Shown: positions 1-8,906 of the stretch, in pieces
Layout of the letters: every line of letters begins with the position of its first letter
How positions within the stretch are numbered: position 1 is the first letter of the stretch
Origin: a virus
Taxonomy: Duplodnaviria; Caudoviricetes
Length of the DNA: 39,297 nt
Reading direction: 5' to 3' (one strand)
Virus record (IMG/VR): IMGVR_UViG_3300007735_000711
Coordinates: 1-39,297 of that record
Notes under the pieces: model-generated
What the model was told of the DNA's origin: nothing
The model's input: only the letters and a program-made list of their open reading frames with translations
Database searches by the model: none
Program-made: the position numbers and the translations under genes

Positions 1-127
1 AAACCCTGACGAATCTTCGCAAGATCAAGTCTGCGGAGTGCTGGGGGTACGCCAAAAAGGGCGGGTTTGCACAAGCCAGGGTGAGGCAAGCCGAAAGACG
101 GCTGGGGAAGAAGATTCACATCCCTCT
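1..127. repeat. Terminal direct repeat (127 bp) identical to 39171-39297; circular-assembly overlap
   Basis: Base-by-base identity aaaccctgac...cacatccctct at both ends. It falls mid-gene and 127 is a common assembler k-mer, so the genome is circular or permuted with unit length ~39170 bp. Confidence 0.95.
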
Positions 128-452
128 GGAAGTCTGCGCCTTGTGGAACGAGGCTTTCCGGCTTCTCGGTGCCAAGCATCCCAATGTATCTACGGGGCTG
201 GGTGCGCTGATTATTGCGCTGGATCGCTACAAGCCTGAAGTGGCTTACCTCGCAGGCTTTGACAAGGTTCTAAACCCTGAGACTGAGGGTTATCAATGCA
301 CCGTCCCGACTGAGTGGAACGCTAACGGGACAAAAGACACCGGCCACGACTGGAAAAAAGAGCGTGAGCTTCTGGGGTATCTCGCAACGCACTATCAAAC
401 GGAGATTTCCGATCTTGCTGGTTTGCACCTCATTCAGCCCGGCCGGGTATGA
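1..452 (+). CDS. GT29 sialyltransferase-like protein, 3' part (continues from 39008 across the junction)
   Basis: In frame with 39008-39297. Contains an S-motif-like PNVSTGLGALIIALDRYKPEVAYLAGFD and a VS-motif-like HDWKKE (HxxxxE). Confidence 0.8.
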   Translation, partial: TLTNLRKIKSAECWGYAKKGGFAQARVRQAERRLGKKIHIPLEVCALWNEAFRLLGAKHPNVSTGLGALIIALDRYKPEVAYLAGFDKVLNPETEGYQCTVPTEWNANGTKDTGHDWKKERELLGYLATHYQTEISDLAGLHLIQPGRV

Positions 453-1104
453 CCTTTACGGCAAAAAGTGTTTGGAGACATTTGTAGAGTTCTGGCCTTG
501 TGACATTGTGGTTTATCACGAAGGCGAGCCGGACTTTAAGCATGAAAAAGTGATCTACAAGGCATTGGATGATTTGCCTGCCTTTCGCCCGACGCTGGAG
601 AGGATGCGAAGGGTGGTGGGGTCCAACGGTATGCGCGGGGGCTACGACTACACATGGGATGCCCAGAAGTTTTGCCGGAAGGTGTTTGCACAGGATGATT
701 GTTTTGACCGAGATACGGAAGTTTTTTGGCTGGATGCTGACTCTGTTACGCATAGCTCTGTCCCCGTGGAATTCCTGCGGGGACTTATCCAGGATGTCGC
801 CGTCACCTACTACGGCAGGACGAGCTACACGGAAACGGGCTTCATCGGGTTCAACACGAAACACGAAGACTTCCCCAAGTTCCGCAAAAACTACCTCGCG
901 CAGTTCACGGAAGGCAAAATCTTCCAGCAGCTTAAAGGTTGGCACGACTGCATCGCGTTCGACATTGCGAGGCAAGGGGTCAAGGGACGAGATTTAAGCC
1001 CTGGTGCCTCTGGAATGACGCATGTGATGGCAACCGGCCCCACTGCTCAATTTTGGGCGCACAACAAGGGTCCAAAAAGGAAAGCCCGTGCCCACGGAGG
1101 CTGA
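415..1104 (+). CDS. GT-A fold glycosyltransferase (nucleotide-diphospho-sugar transferase)
   Basis: Probable TTG start at 415 with GGAG at 401-404 (the track ORF starts at 364). Has KFCRKVFA, a WLDAD DxD motif, ETGFIGFN, WHDC and a C-terminal HNKG. Confidence 0.75.
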   Translation: MLVCTSFSPAGYDLYGKKCLETFVEFWPCDIVVYHEGEPDFKHEKVIYKALDDLPAFRPTLERMRRVVGSNGMRGGYDYTWDAQKFCRKVFAQDDCFDRDTEVFWLDADSVTHSSVPVEFLRGLIQDVAVTYYGRTSYTETGFIGFNTKHEDFPKFRKNYLAQFTEGKIFQQLKGWHDCIAFDIARQGVKGRDLSPGASGMTHVMATGPTAQFWAHNKGPKRKARAHGG

Positions 1105-1189
1105 AATCTGCCTTTATTGGGCGATGGTCAATGATGGACTGATTGAGCGTGACCCCAAGTTTGAGGCGTTGATTGAAGCTCGCCAGTAG
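1088..1189 (+). CDS. Possible 33-aa hypothetical protein
   Basis: GTG..TAG ORF (MPTEAEICLYWAMVNDGLIERDPKFEALIEARQ) fills the gap and overlaps both neighbours. Confidence 0.3.
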   Translation: MPTEAEICLYWAMVNDGLIERDPKFEALIEARQ

Positions 1190-2222
1190 CACTTGGGACG
1201 ATGCGGAAAAAGCCGCCATCCTGAAGGTTGTTGAGTCTGGGCAGTACACGATGGGGGAGAAGGTTAGCGACTTTGAACGCGCCTATGCTGACTTCTGCGG
1301 TTCCAAGTATTGCGTCATGGTCAATTCCGGGTCTTCTGCAAACCTTCTCATGGTTGCGGCTTACACCCTGAGATATGGCGCAGATACGGTGATTGTTCCG
1401 GCTTTGGGGTGGAGTACCAGTTACTCCCCCTTCCAACAATACGGCTGGAAACTGCACTTTGTAGACATAGACCGGGAAACGCTGAATTACGACCTGTCGG
1501 GACTGTGGCGGGCGGCTATGCACTATCACGACCCGCTGATTCTAGCGGTGAATGTATTGGGCAATCCTAATCACTTCCACGCCTTTCCTCGCAAGTGCCA
1601 CATTATCGAGGACAACTGTGAGTCTATGGGGGCGGTGTACGGGGGGAGGGTAGCCGGGTCCATAGGTGTCATGGGTTCGCATTCATGCTTCTTCGCCCAC
1701 CACATCTGCACGATGGAAGGCGGGATGGTCACGACAGATGACGAGTATTTCTATCACATGCTCCTGAGTCTGCGGAGTCATGGGTGGACGCGGCACTTAC
1801 CAAAAAACAACGCATTGCGGGCGAAGGTTGAACAGTGGAATTTCATCCTGCCCGGATACAACGTGCGCCCTGTGGAAATGGCGGGGGCGATTGGTTCGGA
1901 GCAGGTAAAGAAACTGCCAAAGATCATCCGGCAGCGGCGAGAGAACGCAGCGAAGTTCCCATTACAAAAACAAAAAGAAATTGGGGAGTCGTCCTGGTAC
2001 GGCTTCGCGCTGCTGTCGGATGAACCTGATGAACTGAAAGCCATGCTGGATAGAAAGGGAATAGAACACCGCCCGGTGATTTCGGGAAACTTCCTTAGAC
2101 ATCCAACCATGAAGCATTACAACTACATCGCTGACCCGCTCCCCAATGCAGATTATGTGCATGACCACGGGGTAATGATCGGCAATCACGCCCAAGAAAT
2201 TGATTGGAGCATCCTTGCTTGA
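1173..2222 (+). CDS. colD: GDP-4-keto-6-deoxy-D-mannose 3-dehydratase (ColD-type, DegT/DnrJ/EryC1/StrS PLP family)
   Basis: LASSTWDD, NSGSSANLLM, EDNCESMGA, FFAHHICTMEGG (His in place of the Schiff-base Lys, diagnostic for ColD), HGWTRHLP, LPGYNVRP, GESSWYGF. Confidence 0.88.
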   Translation: MKLASSTWDDAEKAAILKVVESGQYTMGEKVSDFERAYADFCGSKYCVMVNSGSSANLLMVAAYTLRYGADTVIVPALGWSTSYSPFQQYGWKLHFVDIDRETLNYDLSGLWRAAMHYHDPLILAVNVLGNPNHFHAFPRKCHIIEDNCESMGAVYGGRVAGSIGVMGSHSCFFAHHICTMEGGMVTTDDEYFYHMLLSLRSHGWTRHLPKNNALRAKVEQWNFILPGYNVRPVEMAGAIGSEQVKKLPKIIRQRRENAAKFPLQKQKEIGESSWYGFALLSDEPDELKAMLDRKGIEHRPVISGNFLRHPTMKHYNYIADPLPNADYVHDHGVMIGNHAQEIDWSILA

Positions 2223-2475
2223 CCTACTGGACGAAGTAGACGGACGCATGACCAGAGCGGTTATCGGCTGGCCTGCAATCAAAAATTATGTCTGGGCACA
2301 GCAAAAGCACGTTAAGCATGCTTTGAACCATCACGAACAGGTGGACATGCACGAAGTGCTGGAACAGACACGCGGCTGGATGATTAGCAGCATGGTGAAT
2401 TATCCGGACCTGGACGAACACTTTCGGCCCATCGTGAACAAGATTAATGACGAACTCGGCCACCCGAGGATATGA
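2200..2475 (+). CDS. Hypothetical protein
   Basis: 91-aa ORF overlapping colD and coupled to terL by an ATGA overlap. Confidence 0.6.
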   Translation: MIGASLLDLLDEVDGRMTRAVIGWPAIKNYVWAQQKHVKHALNHHEQVDMHEVLEQTRGWMISSMVNYPDLDEHFRPIVNKINDELGHPRI

Positions 2476-3905
2476 GTCCTCAAGAGCAGTTAGCCAGGGC
2501 GTTACAGGCTCTCGATTATAAGCAAAAGACCAACAAGCTAGCCGATTACAAACCGTACCCCTATCAGATGGCGTTTCATAACGCTGAAGGGCATCAAACA
2601 CCCGGACAGCCTGCGATTCAACGGGCACTGATGGCGGCGAATCAGATCGGCAAAACGTACTGCGGGGGTGCTGAAGCGGCCATCCACTTGACTGGACGTT
2701 ATCCGGACTGGTGGAAAGGATTTCGCTTCAACAAGCCCATAAACATGCTGGTCGGTGGTCTGACGAATGAATCTGTCCGAGACATCTGCCAAAAAGAACT
2801 GTTTGGAGACCCTTCCGACGATAAACAGCTAGGCATGGGGACGGTCCCGAAAGAGTGCATCGGTAATACCACTCGGAAGCCCGGAGTCCCTAATGCCTTG
2901 GACACGGTTCTGGTTAAGCATCGACTGGGATGGTCAAAAGTCTCTTTCCGCGCTTACGAGCAGGGTGCCAAGAAGCACATGGGGTCGCGGATTGACCTTG
3001 GATGGCTGGACGAAGAACCCCCTGAAGACATTTGGGCGCAGTACATACGCGGGACGTTAGCAACTCGCGGGATTCTGTATATGACCTTCACACCGGAAGA
3101 GGGGGTTACGAAGGTGGTGCATGGCTTTATCAACGATCTGAAGAAGGGACAAGCCCTTCTAAGGGCATCGTGGGATGACGCCCCCCACATGAACCACGAC
3201 AGGCGAGAACAAGCCTTGGCGGCTATTCCGGCCCACCAAAGGGAAATGCGGTCTAAGGGCATCCCCCTTATGGGGTCTGGTCTGGTTTATCAGATACCGG
3301 AATCGGATGTGATTTGCGATCCGATGGAGATTCCATCTTATTGGCCGCGCATCTGTGGGGTGGACTTCGGTATTGACCACGGATTTGCAGCAGTGTGGTT
3401 AGCCCATGACCGTGACCGGGATGTGATTTACGTGTGGGACTCCTACAAAGCCTCTGGCGAGAAGATGAGCGAACACGTTTCGCAACTCAACCGCCGGGGT
3501 AACTGGATTCCGGTGATGTGGCCCCATGACGGTCTAAACCGCGAGAAGTCATCTGGGAAACCCTTAGCGGATTCGTACCGCGATGAGGGGGCGAACATGT
3601 GGCACATGCAGTTCTCCAACCCATCCGGACCCGGTGTGGAAGAGGGCAAGGGCGGGAATTCTGTCGAGTTTGGCATAGAAGAAATCCTCCACCGGATGCA
3701 GACCGGACGGTTCAAGGTGTTTAAAACGCAGGCCGGAATTTTGGAGGAACTGCGGATGTATCACCGACAGGACGGAAAGATCGTAAAGCAGTTCGATGAC
3801 CTTATGGACGCCATGCGGTATGGGGCGCTCTCAATCAGACACGCACAAACGCCAACCCTGCGACTTAGGAGGGTTGCTGCCCCTCTCGGCGCAAGGAACT
3901 GGTGA
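2472..3905 (+). CDS. terL: Terminase large subunit (P22 gp2-like)
   Basis: Walker A MAANQIGKT, AIHLTGRYPDWW, Walker B WLDEEPP, MTFTP, nuclease GVDFG and DDLMDAMRY. Confidence 0.95.
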   Translation: MSPQEQLARALQALDYKQKTNKLADYKPYPYQMAFHNAEGHQTPGQPAIQRALMAANQIGKTYCGGAEAAIHLTGRYPDWWKGFRFNKPINMLVGGLTNESVRDICQKELFGDPSDDKQLGMGTVPKECIGNTTRKPGVPNALDTVLVKHRLGWSKVSFRAYEQGAKKHMGSRIDLGWLDEEPPEDIWAQYIRGTLATRGILYMTFTPEEGVTKVVHGFINDLKKGQALLRASWDDAPHMNHDRREQALAAIPAHQREMRSKGIPLMGSGLVYQIPESDVICDPMEIPSYWPRICGVDFGIDHGFAAVWLAHDRDRDVIYVWDSYKASGEKMSEHVSQLNRRGNWIPVMWPHDGLNREKSSGKPLADSYRDEGANMWHMQFSNPSGPGVEEGKGGNSVEFGIEEILHRMQTGRFKVFKTQAGILEELRMYHRQDGKIVKQFDDLMDAMRYGALSIRHAQTPTLRLRRVAAPLGARNW

Positions 3906-5947
3906 TGGAAGAACAACAACAAGACGGACCTAAAGTCCGCAAAAGAAAAATCAAGGCAAGCGACTGGCAAAAGGTTGAGGACTTCATTAAGAAGGAACTC
4001 AAGGACCGCCAGGAAAACACCTTCCGCAAGTCCCACGAAAAGCAGTGGAAGGAAGTAGACCGTCAAGTGGCGATGGAACCCATGATGAAGTATGGGAAGG
4101 GTGGGAAGGAACTGCCCCCATCGTGGCAATCGGCGTTTGAGCTTGGAGAACTGTCCAAGGCTTCCGAAGTCACCACGGCGGCGGTGATGCGCCTCACTTT
4201 CCCGTTTAACCGGACCTATTTTGAGGCCCACTGCAAACCGCCCATGACGGTGGATCAGCGTGGCAAGGCTGTGCCGGTGGCGAACCAGACGCAGCAGGAA
4301 TTGGCTGACGGGATTCAAAGAGCTTTGATGTCCCAGCAGCAGATGGACTTTGGCTTTAAGCAGCGGGTGGAGTTATCCGTTAAGGAAGCTCTCCATCATG
4401 GGTCTTTTGTGGCTACGGTGGAATGGGAAACACAGAACAAGGTTTATGACGGTCAGGGGCTGGAGTCGTTATCCGCTCCGGTGTGGGTGCCACATAGCAT
4501 GTGGAACTGCTACCCCGATATGTCCCCGATGGTGGTATCGGGGGCGAATATCTTCTACCCCGGCTCTATGATGATTGTGTCGTACATGCCACGGCATAAG
4601 GTTCTGGCATTGAAGGGCGAGAATTATATGAATCTCTCCCCCTCCAAGATTCCAAAACGCAAGAACCAGAATAAAGACGTGGACACGGAGGATGTGGAGA
4701 TTGTCACTTATTACGGTGATTTGGTCATCCCCCGCGAGGATGGAGACATCTACCTTCCCAATAGCAAGTGCAAGACCGCTAACGGAGTGGTGATTTACTA
4801 CGCGCCCAATGAATTGCCGTTCCCTGAAGTCATTTATGTGGGGTATGAGCGGCAGGACATTCGTGACCCGTATGCAACTAGCCCGCTGATTAAAAACAGC
4901 CCCATGCAAAAGCTTGCCACGATCCTCTCTAACAGGTTTGTGGACAGCGTAGAACAGCACACAGAGCCGCCGATTGTGTATGACGGCAATGACCCCTACA
5001 TGGTGCAGAACGGTGGCCCTGACCTGTTTCCAGGGGCTAAGACACCTTCCAAGGGTTCGGGCAAGTTCCAACAACTTACGGTTGGCGATCCTAAAGTTGC
5101 CCTGATGGGCGTTCAGTTCTGCCTTCAGAAGATTGAAGAAGGAACGGGCGTCAATGCTATCCGGGCTGGTGCTTCTGATTCTGACCGCAAAACGGCTACT
5201 GAAATCAGGGATACCCAGCAGGGCGCAGAACTGAGGACGGCTGATTTTGTGGACAAGTTGGAACGGGCGGGATTGCGTCCGTTCCTGTACATGCAGCACG
5301 AACTGAACTTGAAGAACCTGAAGGATTATTCCTTCTATTGCCCTGAAAAGGGACTCCCTGACTTCATTACGGTTAAAAACGATGACCTCCCGAAAGTGGT
5401 GCATTTCGAGGTTGTCGGCTCCAAGGGTGTTTTAGGCGAAGAGCGCCGCAGGACGCAGATGACCGCTGTAACCGCTTTTGCGGCTGGTTCTCCCTTGTTT
5501 GCGGGGCGTTTGAACGCAGACAAGATTCTCATAGATATGTACGAAGACGCTGGGGTTAAGGGCGCAGAGATGTATCTGAAGAATGAGGAAAACAAAGTAC
5601 CCCCAGAGGTACAGCAGCAGATGCAGCAACTCCAGCAAGCCGCCCAGCAGCTTCAACAAGAACTGATGCAAGAGAAGCAGGGCAATCAGGCAAAAGTCGC
5701 TGAAGTCCAGCAGAAGTATCAGCTTGCAATGCAGCAGTTCCAGGCTGAACAGATGATGAACCAGAAAAGGCTTGCAGCGGAGCAAGCAATGGCGGCGCAG
5801 GAAATGGACATGCAGCGCAGGCAATCCATGATGGACGCTGCTTTTGACCGCTACGACGCCAAATTAAAAGCGGCAACCAGCATTGCCGTTGCCAGAATAA
5901 CAGCGAGGGCCAATGAGTCTTCTCAAAGAGCTAGCGGGGCATCCTGA
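3905..5947 (+). CDS. Portal protein
   Basis: ~680 aa directly after terL; RKTATEI motif; Gln-rich C-terminal coiled coil like P22-type portal barrels. Confidence 0.85.
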   Translation: MEEQQQDGPKVRKRKIKASDWQKVEDFIKKELKDRQENTFRKSHEKQWKEVDRQVAMEPMMKYGKGGKELPPSWQSAFELGELSKASEVTTAAVMRLTFPFNRTYFEAHCKPPMTVDQRGKAVPVANQTQQELADGIQRALMSQQQMDFGFKQRVELSVKEALHHGSFVATVEWETQNKVYDGQGLESLSAPVWVPHSMWNCYPDMSPMVVSGANIFYPGSMMIVSYMPRHKVLALKGENYMNLSPSKIPKRKNQNKDVDTEDVEIVTYYGDLVIPREDGDIYLPNSKCKTANGVVIYYAPNELPFPEVIYVGYERQDIRDPYATSPLIKNSPMQKLATILSNRFVDSVEQHTEPPIVYDGNDPYMVQNGGPDLFPGAKTPSKGSGKFQQLTVGDPKVALMGVQFCLQKIEEGTGVNAIRAGASDSDRKTATEIRDTQQGAELRTADFVDKLERAGLRPFLYMQHELNLKNLKDYSFYCPEKGLPDFITVKNDDLPKVVHFEVVGSKGVLGEERRRTQMTAVTAFAAGSPLFAGRLNADKILIDMYEDAGVKGAEMYLKNEENKVPPEVQQQMQQLQQAAQQLQQELMQEKQGNQAKVAEVQQKYQLAMQQFQAEQMMNQKRLAAEQAMAAQEMDMQRRQSMMDAAFDRYDAKLKAATSIAVARITARANESSQRASGAS

Positions 5948-6098
5948 GTATCAACGGCTGTTGAACATAGCCAAGGAGTCCCGCCCTGAACTTCCGCCGT
6001 GGAATCCCAACGATCCCACAACGGACAACGACTGGAAGCACAAGTCCGGAATGCAGCAAGGTTTTGACTTGTGTTTGCAGATATTTTTACCCAAGTAG
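5913..6098 (+). CDS. Hypothetical protein (portal-adjacent)
   Basis: 61-aa ORF with GAGG RBS, between portal and scaffold. Confidence 0.65.
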   Translation: MSLLKELAGHPEYQRLLNIAKESRPELPPWNPNDPTTDNDWKHKSGMQQGFDLCLQIFLPK

Positions 6099-6107
6099 GA
6101 GCATTGA

Positions 6108-6779
6108 ATGTCCGAAGAAACCGCGCAGCCGAGTCCTGAACCGGCAGCAGCACCAGCAGCACCAGAGCCAAGTGGTTTGGAGAAGGTTTATCAGGATTTC
6201 TCGATAGACGATCAAGCCGCAGAGTTCCAGCCGCAGAGTCCAGCACCTGCCGCACCGCAAGTCTCCCAGCCGTATGTGCCGAAAGTCCCGGACCCTTTTA
6301 GCCCGGAGTTTCAGCAGTATCAGGCGCAACTAGCCAACGGTATCGGGGCACTTCACCAACGCACTTCCGAGGCTTTGAACAAGCTCAATGCCATAGAGCA
6401 ACGGGCGCAAAAAGCAGCGGTAGAGGCAGACATTAGTTCGGCGGTTGGCAAGATTGCCGAGAAGGCAGGCATTGATAAGGAAATCGCAGAAGTAGCTTTT
6501 GAAGCGCAAGCCCGCAAAGACCCCAGGCTTCTGAAAATCTGGAACAACAGACAGAAGAATCCGAAGGCTCTGGATGCGGCCATTGGCGCTTTGGCTGGCG
6601 AATTCTCGCAAAAGTACAAAGTCAGGCAAGACCCTCAACTGGCAGAAAACCAACGCGCCGTTGCAGCTTCCCGAAACGCAATGGCAACGACTTCCAGACA
6701 ATCAGGTGATGACTCATTGGATTCAATGAGTCCGGCTGATCGTCAACGCTATGTCCGGGGACTAATCGCTCGCGGCTAA
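6108..6779 (+). CDS. Capsid scaffolding protein
   Basis: Pro/Ala/Glu-rich N-terminus and helical body; sits between portal and capsid; AGGAG RBS. Confidence 0.7.
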   Translation: MSEETAQPSPEPAAAPAAPEPSGLEKVYQDFSIDDQAAEFQPQSPAPAAPQVSQPYVPKVPDPFSPEFQQYQAQLANGIGALHQRTSEALNKLNAIEQRAQKAAVEADISSAVGKIAEKAGIDKEIAEVAFEAQARKDPRLLKIWNNRQKNPKALDAAIGALAGEFSQKYKVRQDPQLAENQRAVAASRNAMATTSRQSGDDSLDSMSPADRQRYVRGLIARG

Positions 6780-6815
6780 GGCAAGTCCAAGCCTTCATCA
6801 AGAAAGGCAGTAAAA

Positions 6816-7895
6816 ATGGCACTCGTAACCAGTAACTTTGCTTCAACAGTCCAAGGGCCGGTTAATTACGTCCTAATGGAAACCCTCCTGTCGGCGGCTC
6901 GGAAGAACCTGCCCTACTTTAACGGCACCATGCCTGGCAAGCTTGAAAAGGCCCAAGGCTCGGCGTCTGTGAAGTGGCGCAGGATTGAAAACCTTGCCGC
7001 TGTAACCTCTGCTCTTTCTGAGCCGATTGAAAGCGATACGCCCGCTTTCGGCAATGGTCGCACTACGGTTCGCCCGACGATTACTGATGTCACGGTGGCT
7101 ATCGCCAAGTACGGCAATGCCATCAGCCTGACTGAAGAAATCGACCTCTTCAACGTGAACAGCAACAGCGCAGCCCTGATGGACACCTTGGGCGCAAACG
7201 CTGGTGAGTCGCTCAACACTGCTATGAGGACCGTGTTTGAAGGCGCAACACAAGAGCGCAATGCTGGTGGCAAAGCTACCTACTCTTCAGTTGCTGCGGC
7301 TATCTCAGTCAATGACATTAAGAACGCTGTCAACAAACTGAACCGCAATAGCGCCATGCGCTTCACCCCTGCCGGGTTTGGTTCTACCAACATCGGCACC
7401 CAGCCTATCCGCCAATCCTACTACGGCATCTGCCATGTGGACGTGGAAGAGGACATCCGTGGCCTGACCGGCTTTATTCCCGTTGAACAGTACGGCGGAT
7501 ATACCGAGACGGAACCGGGTGAATTCGGCGCTGTGGGTGGTGTGCGCTGGTGTTCCACGGAGATCGCGCCGATTGTTTCGGACGGTTCTACCGAGTCTGT
7601 TGTGGCCGGTTCGTTCCAAGAATCCAGCGCCCTGCTGCACCATGTCTATCGCTCGTACATTTACGGGCGTGAGGCTGTGGGCAGTATCGGCCTGGGTGAG
7701 CAACACGCAAAAGAGATTTATAAGATGTACGAGCGTGTGCCTACCGTGGAACTGATCTACCACAAGCCCGGTTCTTCGGGTGTGGCTGATCCGTTCAACG
7801 AAATGGGCAGCTTGGCTTGGAAGTCATGGTTTGCCGGAAAGATTCTCAACGCCAACTGGATTGTTGAGGTCAATACGCTGGCCGGTAAGTACTAA
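6816..7895 (+). CDS. Major capsid protein (N4-gp56 family-like)
   Basis: 359 aa; VKWRR, KYGNAISLTEEIDL, YYGICHVDVEEDIRGLTGFIPVEQYG, GEFGAVGGVRW, DPFNEMGSLAWK; followed by a strong terminator. Confidence 0.9.
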   Translation: MALVTSNFASTVQGPVNYVLMETLLSAARKNLPYFNGTMPGKLEKAQGSASVKWRRIENLAAVTSALSEPIESDTPAFGNGRTTVRPTITDVTVAIAKYGNAISLTEEIDLFNVNSNSAALMDTLGANAGESLNTAMRTVFEGATQERNAGGKATYSSVAAAISVNDIKNAVNKLNRNSAMRFTPAGFGSTNIGTQPIRQSYYGICHVDVEEDIRGLTGFIPVEQYGGYTETEPGEFGAVGGVRWCSTEIAPIVSDGSTESVVAGSFQESSALLHHVYRSYIYGREAVGSIGLGEQHAKEIYKMYERVPTVELIYHKPGSSGVADPFNEMGSLAWKSWFAGKILNANWIVEVNTLAGKY

Positions 7896-7900
7896 CCCCC

Positions 7901-7928
7901 GCCCCCTCTTCGGAGGGGGTTTTTCTTT
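7901..7928 (+). terminator. Rho-independent terminator after capsid gene
   Basis: gccccctc-TTCG-gagggggt stem followed by ttttcttt. Confidence 0.9.
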
Positions 7929-7936
7929 CGGACTTT

Positions 7937-8245
7937 ATGAACGCAATAGAACAAGCCCTGGCAAGGTCGGCAAAACGTGAAGCTCGCAAGGTGCTGACCA
8001 TTCCCAAAAAAGAAGTCATCGAGGTTCCGAAAGAAAAGCCCAAGGTGGTCCCCACTGCAAGCGATGCGGTTATCCGGGTAGTCGTTCAATGTCCCAGCGG
8101 GACGCATGAATTCGCCTACATAAAAAGAAACGTAGCGGCAAACGTCGCCCCCAGCAGGATGACAAGAAATGAACTCAACAAAATGTTCTTGCAGGGCTTT
8201 GTCCCGCTTCTGGGGCATCTAGATGAATTTCCTAGCGGCGGTTAA
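7937..8245 (+). CDS. Hypothetical protein
   Basis: 102-aa ORF in the structural operon, overlapping the next gene. Confidence 0.6.
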   Translation: MNAIEQALARSAKREARKVLTIPKKEVIEVPKEKPKVVPTASDAVIRVVVQCPSGTHEFAYIKRNVAANVAPSRMTRNELNKMFLQGFVPLLGHLDEFPSGG

Positions 8246-8906
8246 TAGGCTGTTGGCGGCAGAAGGTTTCCTCTCTGGTGACTCTGAGGAAATCACGACC
8301 TTCTCCGACCTCCAGCACAAGGCGACGGTGCGAGTGGCTAGGATTGCCATTCAGGACGAACTGATGGAACTGGTGTCCGATAGCGCCATCCCTTACGAGA
8401 AGAAGACCACGGGCAGCATTACCACTGTGGCAGGGACGAGGACTTACGATTTGCCGTCTGACTTTGTGCGGTTCTACGGAACCCCGGCACTGTATGAATC
8501 GACAGGTAATCGTCTGTACTACGAGTTTCCTGGCGGTGAGCCTGCCCTGAGAGATCATTTCCCCGATTACATGACGGTCCAGAGTGATCCATTAAATTGG
8601 TACATGGACCTGACCACGACCAAGAAAATAGGGTTCTGGTACGTTCCGCAGGAAGCCAAGACCTACACATTTCCCTATGAGGCGGATGTCTCTGTAACCA
8701 ATAGCTCGGACACCCTGCCGTTTCATACGGAGTCGGAGGCGCAGGCTTTCTGCCGATTGGCGCAAAGGCGGTTTAAGTTGCTGCTCAAGGACGATGACAC
8801 CGCAAAACTGGTGAACGACCCGGAGCATATGAAGGCAAAGTCCACGCTGTTTGCCCTGATTCAAGGCAAGCCTCCCTCCCGTTTCTATAACGCGGCTTAT
8901 AAATGA
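8223..8906 (+). CDS. Head-tail adaptor / tail tubular protein A-like
   Basis: MNFLAAVNRLL start and TVAGTRTYDLPSDF motif typical of podovirus adaptors; position after the capsid gene. Confidence 0.7.
   Translation: MNFLAAVNRLLAAEGFLSGDSEEITTFSDLQHKATVRVARIAIQDELMELVSDSAIPYEKKTTGSITTVAGTRTYDLPSDFVRFYGTPALYESTGNRLYYEFPGGEPALRDHFPDYMTVQSDPLNWYMDLTTTKKIGFWYVPQEAKTYTFPYEADVSVTNSSDTLPFHTESEAQAFCRLAQRRFKLLLKDDDTAKLVNDPEHMKAKSTLFALIQGKPPSRFYNAAYK

Noticed and set aside
1-127. 127-bp terminal repeat as a biological DTR
   Set aside because: It cuts through a gene, equals a typical assembler k-mer length, and the P22-like terminase implies headful packaging; best read as a circular assembly overlap.
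415-2222. Glycosyltransferases as a DNA hypermodification system
   Set aside because: No thymidylate-synthase-like hydroxymethylase, TET/JBP dioxygenase, methyltransferase or phage DNA polymerase is visible, and the genes sit in the late operon. Not formally excluded.
4469-5404. Long antisense ORFs (e.g. 4469-5404, 31970-32695, 24375-25079)
   Set aside because: They shadow well-supported genes on the opposite strand and have no motifs or RBS; expected in GC-rich coding DNA.
5600-5830. CAG-rich repeats as a tandem array or CRISPR
   Set aside because: They encode the Gln-rich portal coiled coil. No repeat-spacer array was seen anywhere in the window.
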